DNA of 64,000 nucleotides from an uncultured virus (IMG/VR IMGVR_UViG_3300037792_000004) (Duplodnaviria; Heunggongvirae; Uroviricota; Caudoviricetes), in the IMG/VR virus record IMGVR_UViG_3300037792_000004; one strand, written 5' to 3'. Positions 36,643 to 46,002 of the stretch are shown here, in pieces; the first letter of the stretch is position 1, and each line of letters opens with the position of its first letter. A model generated the notes under the pieces. The model searched no databases. It saw only the letters and a list, made by a program, of their open reading frames with translations, and had not been told where the DNA came from. Made by a program: the position numbers and the translations under genes.

Positions 36643-37620
36643 TTAAGGCATTAAACCGGTATTAATCGGCCTTGAAAAGGCCTCTACAAAATAGGCAGCC
36701 TTGAGAGTTCGGTATGCATAAGCTGCCGCCAGAGGGACAACTCCGTTACCGGCTGCGCGGGATCGCTCCACCCGATAGGCCAACCCATCATCCAGTCCGA
36801 AAAGTTCGGGTTGAAGGTCCAGTCGCCGGGACAGGTGCGTGTCCCAGGCTTCAAGGTCACATGGAGGGGGCGCGAAGATGGGTAGACTGATGTCCGTGCC
36901 GGTTTCAGGCCGGTGGCCTTCATCAGTTCCCAAAACACCGTCCAAACGCGCGCTGTGTTGCCGAGACTGTGCTGGCTTCCAACCTGATCGATTGCCGGCC
37001 GGAACCGGAACCCGTCCTGACTGATCAGAATGTCGGTCCGGTTGCAATAAAGGCTGGTTGTCGGCGTGGGCCAGAATGAAGAGCCTTTTCCGGATATGGG
37101 ACGCGCCGACTTCAGCCGCTGAGAACAAGCCCGCTTTAACGCTGTAACCCAGCTCCGATAAGTCTCCGGCAACCTCTTCAAATCCACGGTCCAAATGTCC
37201 TTCGACGTTTTCGCAGAAGACCCATTCAGGTCCACATTCGCCGATGATCCGGGCGACGTCCGGCCACAGGTGCCGCGGATCGTCGCGCCCGCGGCGCAAA
37301 CCGCTGGACGAAAACGGCTGGCAGGGATATCCGGCAGTGAGGATATGAAGTTTGCCGCGCCACAGGCGGCCGTCGAAGGACTTAACATCAGACCATAAAG
37401 GCGCGTTATCCAGGGCCTTGTCTTCCATCCGCGCCACGAGGGTGGCCGCAGCGCAGGCTTCTCGCTCAACATAACAAACAGTTCGATATCCGGGTTCGGC
37501 AATATGGAGGCCAAGCTCCAGTCCGCCAACGCCGGTGCAAAGGGACAGTCCGTTAAGCCGCTGAGGGCTTGTTTCGGGATATACAGCCACAAGAGTTTTC
37601 TCCTTGGGGATCACGCTCAT
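36643..37620 (-). CDS. C5 cytosine DNA methyltransferase, catalytic (alpha) polypeptide
   Basis: Motif I SLCTGVGG, IV GYPCQPFS, VI ENV, VIII HIRKR, X GNGVVP; motif IX not seen in this frame. Confidence 0.93.
   Translation of the reverse strand: MSVIPKEKTLVAVYPETSPQRLNGLSLCTGVGGLELGLHIAEPGYRTVCYVEREACAAATLVARMEDKALDNAPLWSDVKSFDGRLWRGKLHILTAGYPCQPFSSSGLRRGRDDPRHLWPDVARIIGECGPEWVFCENVEGHLDRGFEEVAGDLSELGYSVKAGLFSAAEVGASHIRKRLFILAHADNQPLLQPDRHSDQSGRVPVPAGNRSGWKPAQSRQHSARLDGVLGTDEGHRPETGTDISLPIFAPPPCDLEAWDTHLSRRLDLQPELFGLDDGLAYRVERSRAAGNGVVPLAAAYAYRTLKAAYFVEAFSRPINTGLMP
36684..37592 (-). CDS. Nested alternative-frame ORF, putative beta polypeptide of the MTase
   Basis: 302 codons open inside the MTase; WPTP and motif IX-like FNPNFSDWMMGWPIGWSD; TTG start 7 nt after AAGGAG. 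Confidence 0.72.
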   Translation of the reverse strand: MWLYIPKQALSGLTDCPFAPALADWSLASILPNPDIELFVMLSEKPALRPPSWRGWKTRPWITRLYGLMLSPSTAACGAANFISSLPDIPASRFRPAVCAAGATIRGTCGRTSPGSSANVDLNGSSAKTSKDIWTVDLKRLPETYRSWVTALKRACSQRLKSARPISGKGSSFWPTPTTSLYCNRTDILISQDGFRFRPAIDQVGSQHSLGNTARVWTVFWELMKATGLKPARTSVYPSSRPLHVTLKPGTRTCPGDWTFNPNFSDWMMGWPIGWSDPAQPVTELSLWRQLMHTELSRLPIL

Positions 37621-37801
37621 TGACCGGCTTGCCGGGGCGTTCGGAGACAGGCTCTGTTGGCTCTTGGGGGATGGGCTCTAGGGGCCTCAAACTGGTCAGT
37701 GTTCCGCAGCGCGGACACTTGATTTCAACTGGACCGATTATCGCGTTTTTTGCCGACTTCATCAAGAGACGGCGGCAACTCCCGCATCGTATTTCTTCCA
37801 T
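37553..37801 (-). CDS. com: Mu Com-like zinc-finger translational regulator
   Basis: MEEIRCGSCRRLL...EIKCPRCGTL; overlaps the MTase start as com overlaps mom in Mu. Confidence 0.88.
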   Translation of the reverse strand: MEEIRCGSCRRLLMKSAKNAIIGPVEIKCPRCGTLTSLRPLEPIPQEPTEPVSERPGKPVNERDPQGENSCGCISRNKPSAA

Positions 37802-37988
37802 GACAACCCTAGGACGACTCAGCCACACTGTCGGCGCTCGCGCGAGCAAAGCGGGTGCGGCGGTTATCTAAGGTGACTGCTGGGCGGGTTCTTGGTTTGG
37901 CGATCAGGCCCGCCGTCCGGATTTCGGTCCGGACCACCTGTCAGGGATCGAACAAGACTGTATTGAAGTTCCTGTCGGAGAAAGCGAA

Positions 37989-39212
37989 ATGACAACCAAA
38001 CGGCCAGTATGGCTTAATTGGTCGCAAGTTAAACGCCGTCCGACGGTTGTTGCCCGGCTTTCCTTTAGTCGGCTGGTCTGCTCTGTCGTGGCGTTGTGGA
38101 GGTGGATTGCTTCTGTGGGAGAGGTCGGCTGGCGAAACGCGACTATCGCTCTCACGATCATGGCTGTGCTGGGCTATTTGTTTGCTTGGAGCTACATTTT
38201 TCACGGTCCGGTGAGTGTCGAACTTGCGAAGGATCAATTCGTTTTTGGACCCGACGTAAGAGCACGTGCCGTAACGCCTGTGCTTTTGGGGCTGGCCGGT
38301 TTTGTTACTTTGGTTGCAACGCTTTGGCGTGGAACGATTTCTGAGCGACAAACAGAAGAGCAGACACGTCAAAATGACAGCAAAGAAGAAGCTGATCTCG
38401 GATTGCTTCTCGAGAAGGGGCACGAGCACACAGCGAAGGGTAAAGTGGATGACATCGCGCTCGGTATCGCAATGCTGGAGACCGTCGCACAGGCAAAAAA
38501 CGATAAGTACGCATCTTATGCTCTCTATGTGATCGGGAGCCAGTTGGAGCCGTGTTTCCAGATGTCGGGCACCGATAGGGACCGAATTTACATACAAATC
38601 AGGGCGGTATTCCAACGCATCGCCGGTGACAAAGAGAAAAGCATGCGCCGACCGAACACCAGGCTTAAGGTAGATGCTGGCCATTACGATCAATACGGCG
38701 TGTTGGCGGAACAACACTCGAGAGTAATTTCGTTGTTCAAGCATATACCGACATGCTCGATCGCGAATGGTCAACTGATTATCGACACAGACGTACTTGC
38801 AATACTCAACGACGATATAACCGACTTTTCCTTGCAGAATTGTCGTATTGTCCCGGTTTCGCAGGATGGATTCGGTCTTTTTTCGGGCGGCGGGCCACTT
38901 GAGATAAACAAGGTTGCCAGCAAACGATATGCAAATTGTCAGATTGAGGGTTTTGCTGTTCGGGAAATCGGCGATGCGTTCATGTTTAGTGACGGCTCTC
39001 CCCAAACAACATTTATCTCCTGCAACCTCACGAACACGAATCTCGCATCCCGTGCAATTCTTGAGTCGTGTAAGTTTAGGAACTGCTACTTCCATAGCGA
39101 TGACGCGCCCTACATCGAGGGCCCGGAAGGGCCTGAAAAGTTTGATCGCGAAATTCTGGCCGAGTATGGCATCACATCCCGACCGACGTTATTGAATGCG
39201 TTCCCGACCTAG
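37989..39212 (+). CDS. Membrane-anchored hypothetical protein with degenerate pentapeptide-like C-terminus (moron)
   Basis: Two TM segments, GIAMLETVA helix, FISCNLTNTNL...FRNCYF; antisense to tail genes. Confidence 0.65.
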   Translation: MTTKRPVWLNWSQVKRRPTVVARLSFSRLVCSVVALWRWIASVGEVGWRNATIALTIMAVLGYLFAWSYIFHGPVSVELAKDQFVFGPDVRARAVTPVLLGLAGFVTLVATLWRGTISERQTEEQTRQNDSKEEADLGLLLEKGHEHTAKGKVDDIALGIAMLETVAQAKNDKYASYALYVIGSQLEPCFQMSGTDRDRIYIQIRAVFQRIAGDKEKSMRRPNTRLKVDAGHYDQYGVLAEQHSRVISLFKHIPTCSIANGQLIIDTDVLAILNDDITDFSLQNCRIVPVSQDGFGLFSGGGPLEINKVASKRYANCQIEGFAVREIGDAFMFSDGSPQTTFISCNLTNTNLASRAILESCKFRNCYFHSDDAPYIEGPEGPEKFDREILAEYGITSRPTLLNAFPT

Positions 39213-39261
39213 TGTTTCGGTCGCCATCAGCATCTCGCGGGTTGCTGCCACTGCCCATTGG

Positions 39262-39987
39262 CTACCCCTGCGGCACCACCGGCATCAGATAATGCAGCAC
39301 CACTTTCACTGCTCCGCCTGTAAAATTCCCGCCGTTCGCGCTCAAGCGCACAGCCGTGTCTGAATAAAACGCCTGGGGCCCGATCACGCCGGCATTGGTG
39401 GAGCCTTCCGCAATCCCGAGCGATCCGCCGAACTTGGACGTTTCACCAGAGATCCCGCAGTTATAGGACGTTGCCCCGATAATGGCTGCCGTTGTCCTTG
39501 TTGACACGCACCAGACGACGGCCCGGTTTGGAATGACGATAGAGGTGTTGACACTCGCGCCGCTCAAGCCCGTCAGGTCCTCTTCTACAGTGCACATCCG
39601 GCTTTCGGCGCCGGACGGCGTTTGTGAGACCGTAGCGACTTGAGATAGCAGGGCGCCGTAGTTGGCCCAGCCGGAACCGGTGTAAACGGCGAGCGTTCCC
39701 TCATCGGCAAGGAAGGCAATCAGGCCCAGGACCGGCGCCAGGAACGCCCAGGCCCCATCGGCGTAGTGCGCGATCTGGCCGTCCTGGCCTATCCAGTCGC
39801 CGGTTCCACCTGTTGCGACCAGGTAGCTGTCGCCGTCCGTGGCGGCCGGCGGTGCGGTCAAATCCCGGGCGAGGATTGTGAGATGTGCCAGAGCATCGAG
39901 CCTTGCCAAAGCCTCATTGTGCGTGACTTCCTTCTGCGCCTGGCTTGAGGCAATGAAGGGCAGCTTCAGGCGCGCCGTTGTGCTCAT
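39262..39987 (-). CDS. DUF2793 domain tail fibre/spike protein
   Basis: LPFIASSQAQKEVTHNEALARLD...GDWIGQDGQIA signature. Confidence 0.88.
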   Translation of the reverse strand: MSTTARLKLPFIASSQAQKEVTHNEALARLDALAHLTILARDLTAPPAATDGDSYLVATGGTGDWIGQDGQIAHYADGAWAFLAPVLGLIAFLADEGTLAVYTGSGWANYGALLSQVATVSQTPSGAESRMCTVEEDLTGLSGASVNTSIVIPNRAVVWCVSTRTTAAIIGATSYNCGISGETSKFGGSLGIAEGSTNAGVIGPQAFYSDTAVRLSANGGNFTGGAVKVVLHYLMPVVPQG

Positions 39988-42900
39988 AAGATTTCCTCCG
40001 TGGGAATGCCCCGGCCGATCGTTCCGGAGACTTGGAAAATACGAACCTGAACCGACACCTGGACACTGCCGAAGTCCGCCACCTGGTCGGTCGCCGTGTA
40101 GGTGTGGCTGGGCGCTGTCAGTCCGGTGATGGTCCGCACAACAGTAGATCCGGATAGGATCTCGACGTCATAACGCTCGCTGTCTTCATGAAGCGGGACA
40201 TCCGAGCCGTTCGCCCATGTTCCATTGCGCCGTGTGCGCCGGATCCAGGTTATGCTGAGGTTTCCCGCAAGATCCCGCCGCCCGCGCAGATGGACCGGCG
40301 CAAACGGCTTGAGAGCCACCGCTTCAAAGGTGTTTGAACGGCTTTTAAATGCGGTGTCGGTCGACGGAAGCGGAGACGGGCCATACTCCCAAGTCCGGAG
40401 CACACCGCGATCCGACAACGGCACATCGGCCTGTGTCAGCGCGCCATCCATCAAAACTACGCGGCTTCCGGTTGCTACAGGATCGCGCATGGCGTATTCC
40501 GTGCCGCGGCGCCCGCGCAACAAGGTGGAAAGCCGCCAGGTTTGCGGTCCAATCAGCTCGGCGGTGGCAAACTGCAGGATCTCCCAATCGCCATCGCCGT
40601 TCCGGATCGCAAGGGCATTCCCCGGTCCCGCCAGCAACGTGTCCTCAGACACGGATGACAGCGTTCCCTGGGCGAGTTTGACCGTTACGGAATTTGCCCG
40701 GTCAAAGCGGTACGGTGTTCCGGCATAAAGATTAGTCGTGGTTAGCCCCAAGGTTGCCGGGGCAACCACTTGGCCGATGATCCGGTTTCCTTCCAGCACG
40801 GTGACGCCCGCCCAGGGCTCGGCAAACCCGGCGAGCCAGGGCTGATGTTGCGTCTGGCCCTCGCTGATCACCGGCAGGTCCAGCACCTCCAGCACAACCT
40901 CGCCATAGGTCGGGATCGGAGACGGTGGTGCGGGTGGCGGCGGATCCGTCCGGGTGGAGCGGTAGCGTTCTGTCTCGACCGAGACCGCTTCGCACTGCCG
41001 TGCCCCGCCATCGATGATCCGGGTAAGCCGCATGTCGCGGGCTCTGCCTGCAATGCCGATCGAGATAACATCGGCCGGATCAAACCGGATCAGGGAGGGC
41101 GGCAGAGCAAAACTCGCCTGTTCGCGCTCCGTCCATTGCCCATAAAGCCAGTCCTCGATCATGCCCCCGGCAACGCCGGGATCAATGACCGCGGGCACCG
41201 ACAGCCGCGTCACCCGGTCGGACGTGGTGGTCAGCCGTCCCGCAGCCGAACTCGTCTGGCGGTAGTCGCTCTCTGCATCCCAATAGACCAATAATGCCCG
41301 CAGAGGCAGATCGGTTTCCTGGGCCCGGGTGATCGACCAGTCGGGTTTTTCGCGGTCGGGCGCTGCCAGATCCTTTTCCTCAATCGCACCTTCCGGTGCC
41401 AGGCCGCGCGGGATGAACTTGATCAGGCCTTCGCTTTCCACCGCATCGAAGCGGTAGAGCTCGGCCAGCACCTCGATCTGGTCGCGCGGCGAAGCCAGAT
41501 CCGGCCGCAGCCAGCCCGTCACCGTCGCTTCCAGCAACGAAACATCGACGGCCGTAAAGCCGACCTGCGCGCAGATGTGTTTGATGAGATCGGCGAGCTC
41601 TACAACGCCGAACTTGCCCTGCACCCAATGGCCATAGGGCCAGTTGTTCCCATCCGACCAGACGCTCAGATAATAGGGAAACGAGGGATAGGGCCGCGCG
41701 TCCCAGGTCCAGAGATGGCTGCGTGCCAGATCCAGCATCGGCCCGCCATAAACGCTGGAGACCGGGTTGTTGCCTTTCGCCGGATCCCAATAGGCGAGCA
41801 GCGCCTGGATGCCGCGCCGTTGAATGAAGTCGTCCCGTTCCTCCGCCGAATAATAAGGCCAGGCACTTTCCGAGGATTTTGGATCGACAAAGACATTCGG
41901 CTGGTTGGTGGCCTTGTCGACAGACGGAAACCCGTATTCGGTGAAGAGGATCGGTTTCGACTGCGGCATCCAGCCTGTCGGAGATCCGCTCTCGATACCG
42001 CCCGGCCGGTCATAATGCTGATGGAGCCACCAGTTCCGAAAGTCCTTGGTCCGGTAGACCCAGGGTTTTCCGGATCCGTCCGTGATCGGCGTGCGGATCT
42101 GGGCATCGCGGTCGCCCGGACTGGCATAATACCAGTCATAATCCTCGCCGCCTTCGACGTTGCCGGTGAGGTAGGCCTTGGAATAGATCGATTTGGTGCC
42201 ATCCAGAAAATCGAGATGCGTCCGGCCGTCGCGCCAGTCCGACAGTTTCATGTAATTGTCGATGGAAACCGCATCGATCGACGGGGAGCTCCACAGCGGA
42301 TCCAGGTGGAAGAAGAAGTCTCCGGATCCATCGGCCGGGTCATGGCCGCGATATTCTGTCCAATCGGCGGCATAAGTGATGTCGACGGTGCTGCCCAAAA
42401 TGGATTTGCAGTCGCTTGCCAGACTGACCAGATGGCTCACCGCCGGATAGGTTGAGGATGAACTCCGGGTCTGCGTCAGGCCGACCATTTCCGAGCCAAT
42501 GACAAAGGTGCTGACCGCGCCGGGATCAATGGCATTCACGGCGGCGCAGAGTTTGGCGTAATGCAGCACCATGCGCCGCAAGGACCATTCCGCGGGGCCG
42601 GAATAACCGCAGGCCACCGCATCCGTCGCAACGTCCACCGACAGGCTGATGTGCCCCGGCATCGCCGTCCCGAACAGCGCATCGACCTGAGCACCGGCGG
42701 CTGCCGTCTTGTCGACACTGCCCGGCTGCCCGGCCGCCGGCATGCAGGTGATGCGTCCGCGCCAGGGATAGGTTGCCTGTTCCGCCGCCCCATAAGGATC
42801 GGGCAAACCATTGCCGGGCGGCACATCCATCAGGATGAAGGGATAGAAGATCACATCATAGCCGCGGGCCTTCAGATCCCGGATCGCTTGCACCACGGTC

Positions 42901-43934
42901 TGGTCGGACGGCGTGCCGCCATAAACGGGCCGGGACGGATCCTGCGGATCCCGGGAGATTTCAAGCGCCGTTTCGCGAACCTCCGAATGCACCGCCCAGG
43001 TCAGCGGCGTGGTCTCCTTGCCGGTCCCGAATTCGACACCCGGCCGGATCTGGCAGTGCCCGCACCTTAAATCCGTGCCGAACCAAGCCACCACCAGCAG
43101 CACAGACGTCACATTCGGGCAGGTAAAGGAGAGATTGTCGAGCGCGACCGCCCAGTCTGTGCCACCGACCTGGTTGTTGGTGTTTTCGGGAAGGCTTGCG
43201 CCTTCCCGGTCCGGATTTAGTTTCCGCACCGGTTCATCGGCATAGACCCATTCGCCGGCGCCCGGAATGACCACCATGCCTTGAACATCTTCTTCCACAC
43301 CGCCAAGGCGGCGGAACACTTCGAATTCAAATTGCGGAATGCGGTTGCCGAAGTCTTCCAGCGGCAGATCCTCAAAGACGATATAGGCCGTGCCGCGATA
43401 GGCGGGTGCGGCGCCCTCCTTGGTTTCAATGAGCGGATCGGGTTGCTGGTCGTCCGTTCCGCGATAAACCCGGTGCGGCAAGGTGGAGCGGTCCAGAAGT
43501 TTGCCATCGGCCCACACCCGGCCGATGCCGATGATTGGGCCTTCGCAGATCGCGATCGCGAAGTTGCCGTAATAAAGATAGCTGGTCGTGGTCACCTTCT
43601 GGCCACCGCCGCCGCCCTTGCCACCGGCCTTCTGGGTGGAGGTTGAAACCTCCATCCGCAACCGGGTGGACCAGATCACCTGTCCGGCCAACCGCAGACG
43701 GCCAAAGGCATCGGGGACCGGCGCGCCTTCGGTCGAGGTTTGCAGACGCAGATCACCAATGCGCGGGCCGTTGACCGCCGTGTTTCTGGAAGGCGTCAGC
43801 GCAGAGACCAGCAGGTTGTCGGCATAGGCTCCGGCCACCGTTGCCGCGCCGGAGATCAGCGCCGAGGTAAAGGCCCCAGCACCAATCGCGCCGGAAAAGG
43901 CCGTTGCGGCGGCTCCGAGCACCAACGTGGCCAT
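39984..43934 (-). CDS. GTA-like multidomain baseplate protein (RcGTA g15 'megatron', TIM-barrel-like)
   Basis: PAYRGTAYIVFEDLPLEDFGNRIPQ, YPWRGRIT, YAADWTEY, WTWDARPYP, LSTLLRGRRGTE motifs; 1316 aa. Confidence 0.93.
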   Translation of the reverse strand: MATLVLGAAATAFSGAIGAGAFTSALISGAATVAGAYADNLLVSALTPSRNTAVNGPRIGDLRLQTSTEGAPVPDAFGRLRLAGQVIWSTRLRMEVSTSTQKAGGKGGGGGQKVTTTSYLYYGNFAIAICEGPIIGIGRVWADGKLLDRSTLPHRVYRGTDDQQPDPLIETKEGAAPAYRGTAYIVFEDLPLEDFGNRIPQFEFEVFRRLGGVEEDVQGMVVIPGAGEWVYADEPVRKLNPDREGASLPENTNNQVGGTDWAVALDNLSFTCPNVTSVLLVVAWFGTDLRCGHCQIRPGVEFGTGKETTPLTWAVHSEVRETALEISRDPQDPSRPVYGGTPSDQTVVQAIRDLKARGYDVIFYPFILMDVPPGNGLPDPYGAAEQATYPWRGRITCMPAAGQPGSVDKTAAAGAQVDALFGTAMPGHISLSVDVATDAVACGYSGPAEWSLRRMVLHYAKLCAAVNAIDPGAVSTFVIGSEMVGLTQTRSSSSTYPAVSHLVSLASDCKSILGSTVDITYAADWTEYRGHDPADGSGDFFFHLDPLWSSPSIDAVSIDNYMKLSDWRDGRTHLDFLDGTKSIYSKAYLTGNVEGGEDYDWYYASPGDRDAQIRTPITDGSGKPWVYRTKDFRNWWLHQHYDRPGGIESGSPTGWMPQSKPILFTEYGFPSVDKATNQPNVFVDPKSSESAWPYYSAEERDDFIQRRGIQALLAYWDPAKGNNPVSSVYGGPMLDLARSHLWTWDARPYPSFPYYLSVWSDGNNWPYGHWVQGKFGVVELADLIKHICAQVGFTAVDVSLLEATVTGWLRPDLASPRDQIEVLAELYRFDAVESEGLIKFIPRGLAPEGAIEEKDLAAPDREKPDWSITRAQETDLPLRALLVYWDAESDYRQTSSAAGRLTTTSDRVTRLSVPAVIDPGVAGGMIEDWLYGQWTEREQASFALPPSLIRFDPADVISIGIAGRARDMRLTRIIDGGARQCEAVSVETERYRSTRTDPPPPAPPSPIPTYGEVVLEVLDLPVISEGQTQHQPWLAGFAEPWAGVTVLEGNRIIGQVVAPATLGLTTTNLYAGTPYRFDRANSVTVKLAQGTLSSVSEDTLLAGPGNALAIRNGDGDWEILQFATAELIGPQTWRLSTLLRGRRGTEYAMRDPVATGSRVVLMDGALTQADVPLSDRGVLRTWEYGPSPLPSTDTAFKSRSNTFEAVALKPFAPVHLRGRRDLAGNLSITWIRRTRRNGTWANGSDVPLHEDSERYDVEILSGSTVVRTITGLTAPSHTYTATDQVADFGSVQVSVQVRIFQVSGTIGRGIPTEEIL

Positions 43935-44494
43935 TAGGTTCTCCTCACGGGCGCACCGCCCTTCGGGCTGCCCTCCAGAGGGGGCGGGCCATCAGGCCCG
44001 GCGGCCGCTTGGCCTTGCGGCACCGGTGGTGCCGGGTTCATGCCTATTCCCGGAAAAGAGAACGCAAAGCGGATTTTTCTGCGCCAGCCGTCAAACAACG
44101 CCACCTCGGCCACGGGCAGGTTCTCATGGGCATGGAGGATCTTGGGCGCGGGATCCTTAATCGCGGTGGTCAGCAGCGCGCAGTGTTTGGCCGGCAACTC
44201 CGGTTTAAACGCGAACATCAGAACGTCGCCCGGTCCGGCCTCCTCCACGGCGATTGGCACCAGATGCCGGGCGGCCGCGTCTCGCAAGGTCTCGGCCCGG
44301 TGGCGCTCCGCCCAGTCGGGCGTATAGGGCGGCGGCGTTTCCGGTTCTAACCCATACAGATCCCGCCAGACACCGCGCAGGAGGCCGAGGCAATCGCAGC
44401 CGGCGCCCTTGCAGCTCGCCTGATGCACATACGGCGTGCCGATCCAAGATCGGGCCGTTGCAACGATATCGGTGCGGGTGACCGGAACGCTCAT
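43934..44494 (-). CDS. NlpC/P60 cell-wall peptidase (RcGTA g14-like)
   Basis: ARSWIGTPYVHQAS...GCDCLGLLRGVWR...KHCA. Confidence 0.93.
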   Translation of the reverse strand: MSVPVTRTDIVATARSWIGTPYVHQASCKGAGCDCLGLLRGVWRDLYGLEPETPPPYTPDWAERHRAETLRDAAARHLVPIAVEEAGPGDVLMFAFKPELPAKHCALLTTAIKDPAPKILHAHENLPVAEVALFDGWRRKIRFAFSFPGIGMNPAPPVPQGQAAAGPDGPPPLEGSPKGGAPVRRT

Positions 44495-45375
44495 TTGAAC
44501 AGGCTCCCGCCATCGTTCAGATCATCCTTGTCCGCATAACCGATGATCACCTGATTGCCTGGAATATGCGGGAAGCCGCCGAAGTTGGCGCCATTCAAAA
44601 AACGCGCCTGGCAGGTCTCAAACCGCTTGTCGCATCCGGCCTGAACCGAAAAGGTATCGTCCGGCTCAATGCTGTCGGCCATCGGCAGCGAGAGTTCAAA
44701 CGTCACTGTTCCAAGAGCGTTTGAATGCCGTTTGATCTCCATTTTTCGGCCCGCATTGCCGCCGCTTGTCCAGGTCAAGAGACCATGGCGGAACAATCCG
44801 TCGTCCTTGTCATCGAGACCCGAGGCGGTGAAGCTGAGGAGATCGAACCCTTCCACCACCACGCCGGGGAAGGTCCACCCCGCCAGCGCCACCTGGCAGC
44901 GCTTGTCGCCCAGCTCCCAGGAGCACGTCCGGTCGAACTGGCGGCCATACGTCTGCCCGAGCCGGTGCGCCAGGCCGCGCAGTTCCGCCAGAAAGGCGGT
45001 CGGTCCCCGGGTGATCTCGCCGATGTTGCCCTTGCGCAGCAGCAGCCGGCTCGCCGGATTGCTCCAGTCGGTCAGCCAGATTTCGATCTCCGCATCGTCC
45101 CAAAGCCTGCGGGCAATGTCGTCCTCGGTGATGGTTGAGGAGGAGAGGGCTCCCTCGACATCGAGGTTGTCGACCGCAAGTCCGAGGCTGGTTTCCATGG
45201 AAGTGGCGGTAAAGCCCGTCGCCGCTTCATAGGTAAGGCCATCAACGCTCAGCGGCCGGTCGTGATCGGTAAAGCCGAACACCGCCCCATCTCGGCGCTC
45301 CACCCGCCACAAGCGGCAATGGGTGGTCGCCCGGCTGTTCAGATTGGCCTGCATGGCATCCGGCACTGTTTTCAT
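44491..45375 (-). CDS. Baseplate hub protein (DUF2163/BR0599, RcGTA g13-like)
   Basis: GFTDHDRPL, GCDKRFETC, NFGGFPHIPG. Confidence 0.92.
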   Translation of the reverse strand: MKTVPDAMQANLNSRATTHCRLWRVERRDGAVFGFTDHDRPLSVDGLTYEAATGFTATSMETSLGLAVDNLDVEGALSSSTITEDDIARRLWDDAEIEIWLTDWSNPASRLLLRKGNIGEITRGPTAFLAELRGLAHRLGQTYGRQFDRTCSWELGDKRCQVALAGWTFPGVVVEGFDLLSFTASGLDDKDDGLFRHGLLTWTSGGNAGRKMEIKRHSNALGTVTFELSLPMADSIEPDDTFSVQAGCDKRFETCQARFLNGANFGGFPHIPGNQVIIGYADKDDLNDGGSLFK

Positions 45376-45998
45376 ATCTTCACCTCCACGACTGGAATGG
45401 CGCGGATCTCGCCGAGGCGGATGTTGGTGAGATTGGTCTGGATGATGTCCGTGTCGAAGCGGCAGGGCACATCGAACTCAAACCCCGCCGTGATCATCCC
45501 GGAGGCCGGAGCAACATCGAAGGTGACCTGGCCGGTCGCCAGATCCACTGACCAGCCGGAAGCCTGCGGCGTCCCATCGACGGCCACCACCACCGTGCCT
45601 GCGACCGGCTTGGTGATCGTGCGGGACCAGCTGCGCCCGCCGGAAGAATACGCCTTGCTGAGCTGGAAGGTGGTCCGGGTTCCGTCCGCCGCGCCGATCT
45701 CCTGATCCAGCGGCGTCAGCGGCGCAGACGGTCTCGCCGATTTGTAATCAGACCAGTCCTTGAACCGGAAACCCCTGAGGCGGCCGGAGCGGGCTTCAAA
45801 AAACGAGACCACGGCGGCCAGATGATCCGGGTGGCGGATGCCGGAGCCGACATCGTATTTGCGCCGGCTGTCCGCCCATGGCGTGTTGCGTTCTTCAAAG
45901 CCAGATGTCAGTTCGACGATTTCCGTGCGCCGTTCTGGCCCGCCTTGCGCGCCCCTGGCCACAATTTCCGGGAACTGGATCTCGTCAAAATCGGCCAT
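45372..45998 (-). CDS. Distal tail protein (DUF2460, RcGTA g12-like)
   Basis: GGPERRTEIV...EERNTPWA, GFRFKDWSDY, AGFEFDVPCRFDTD. Confidence 0.93.
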   Translation of the reverse strand: MADFDEIQFPEIVARGAQGGPERRTEIVELTSGFEERNTPWADSRRKYDVGSGIRHPDHLAAVVSFFEARSGRLRGFRFKDWSDYKSARPSAPLTPLDQEIGAADGTRTTFQLSKAYSSGGRSWSRTITKPVAGTVVVAVDGTPQASGWSVDLATGQVTFDVAPASGMITAGFEFDVPCRFDTDIIQTNLTNIRLGEIRAIPVVEVKI

Positions 45999-46002
45999 GG
46001 CG

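Noticed and set aside
37941..39095. 384-aa minus-strand ORF
   Set aside because: Antisense shadow of 37989-39212, which has coherent TM and repeat features; this one has no motif.
39262..45998. A bona fide chromosomal gene transfer agent cluster
   Set aside because: The associated head genes are Mu-type rather than RcGTA-type, and the module ends in com, MTase and transposase sites.
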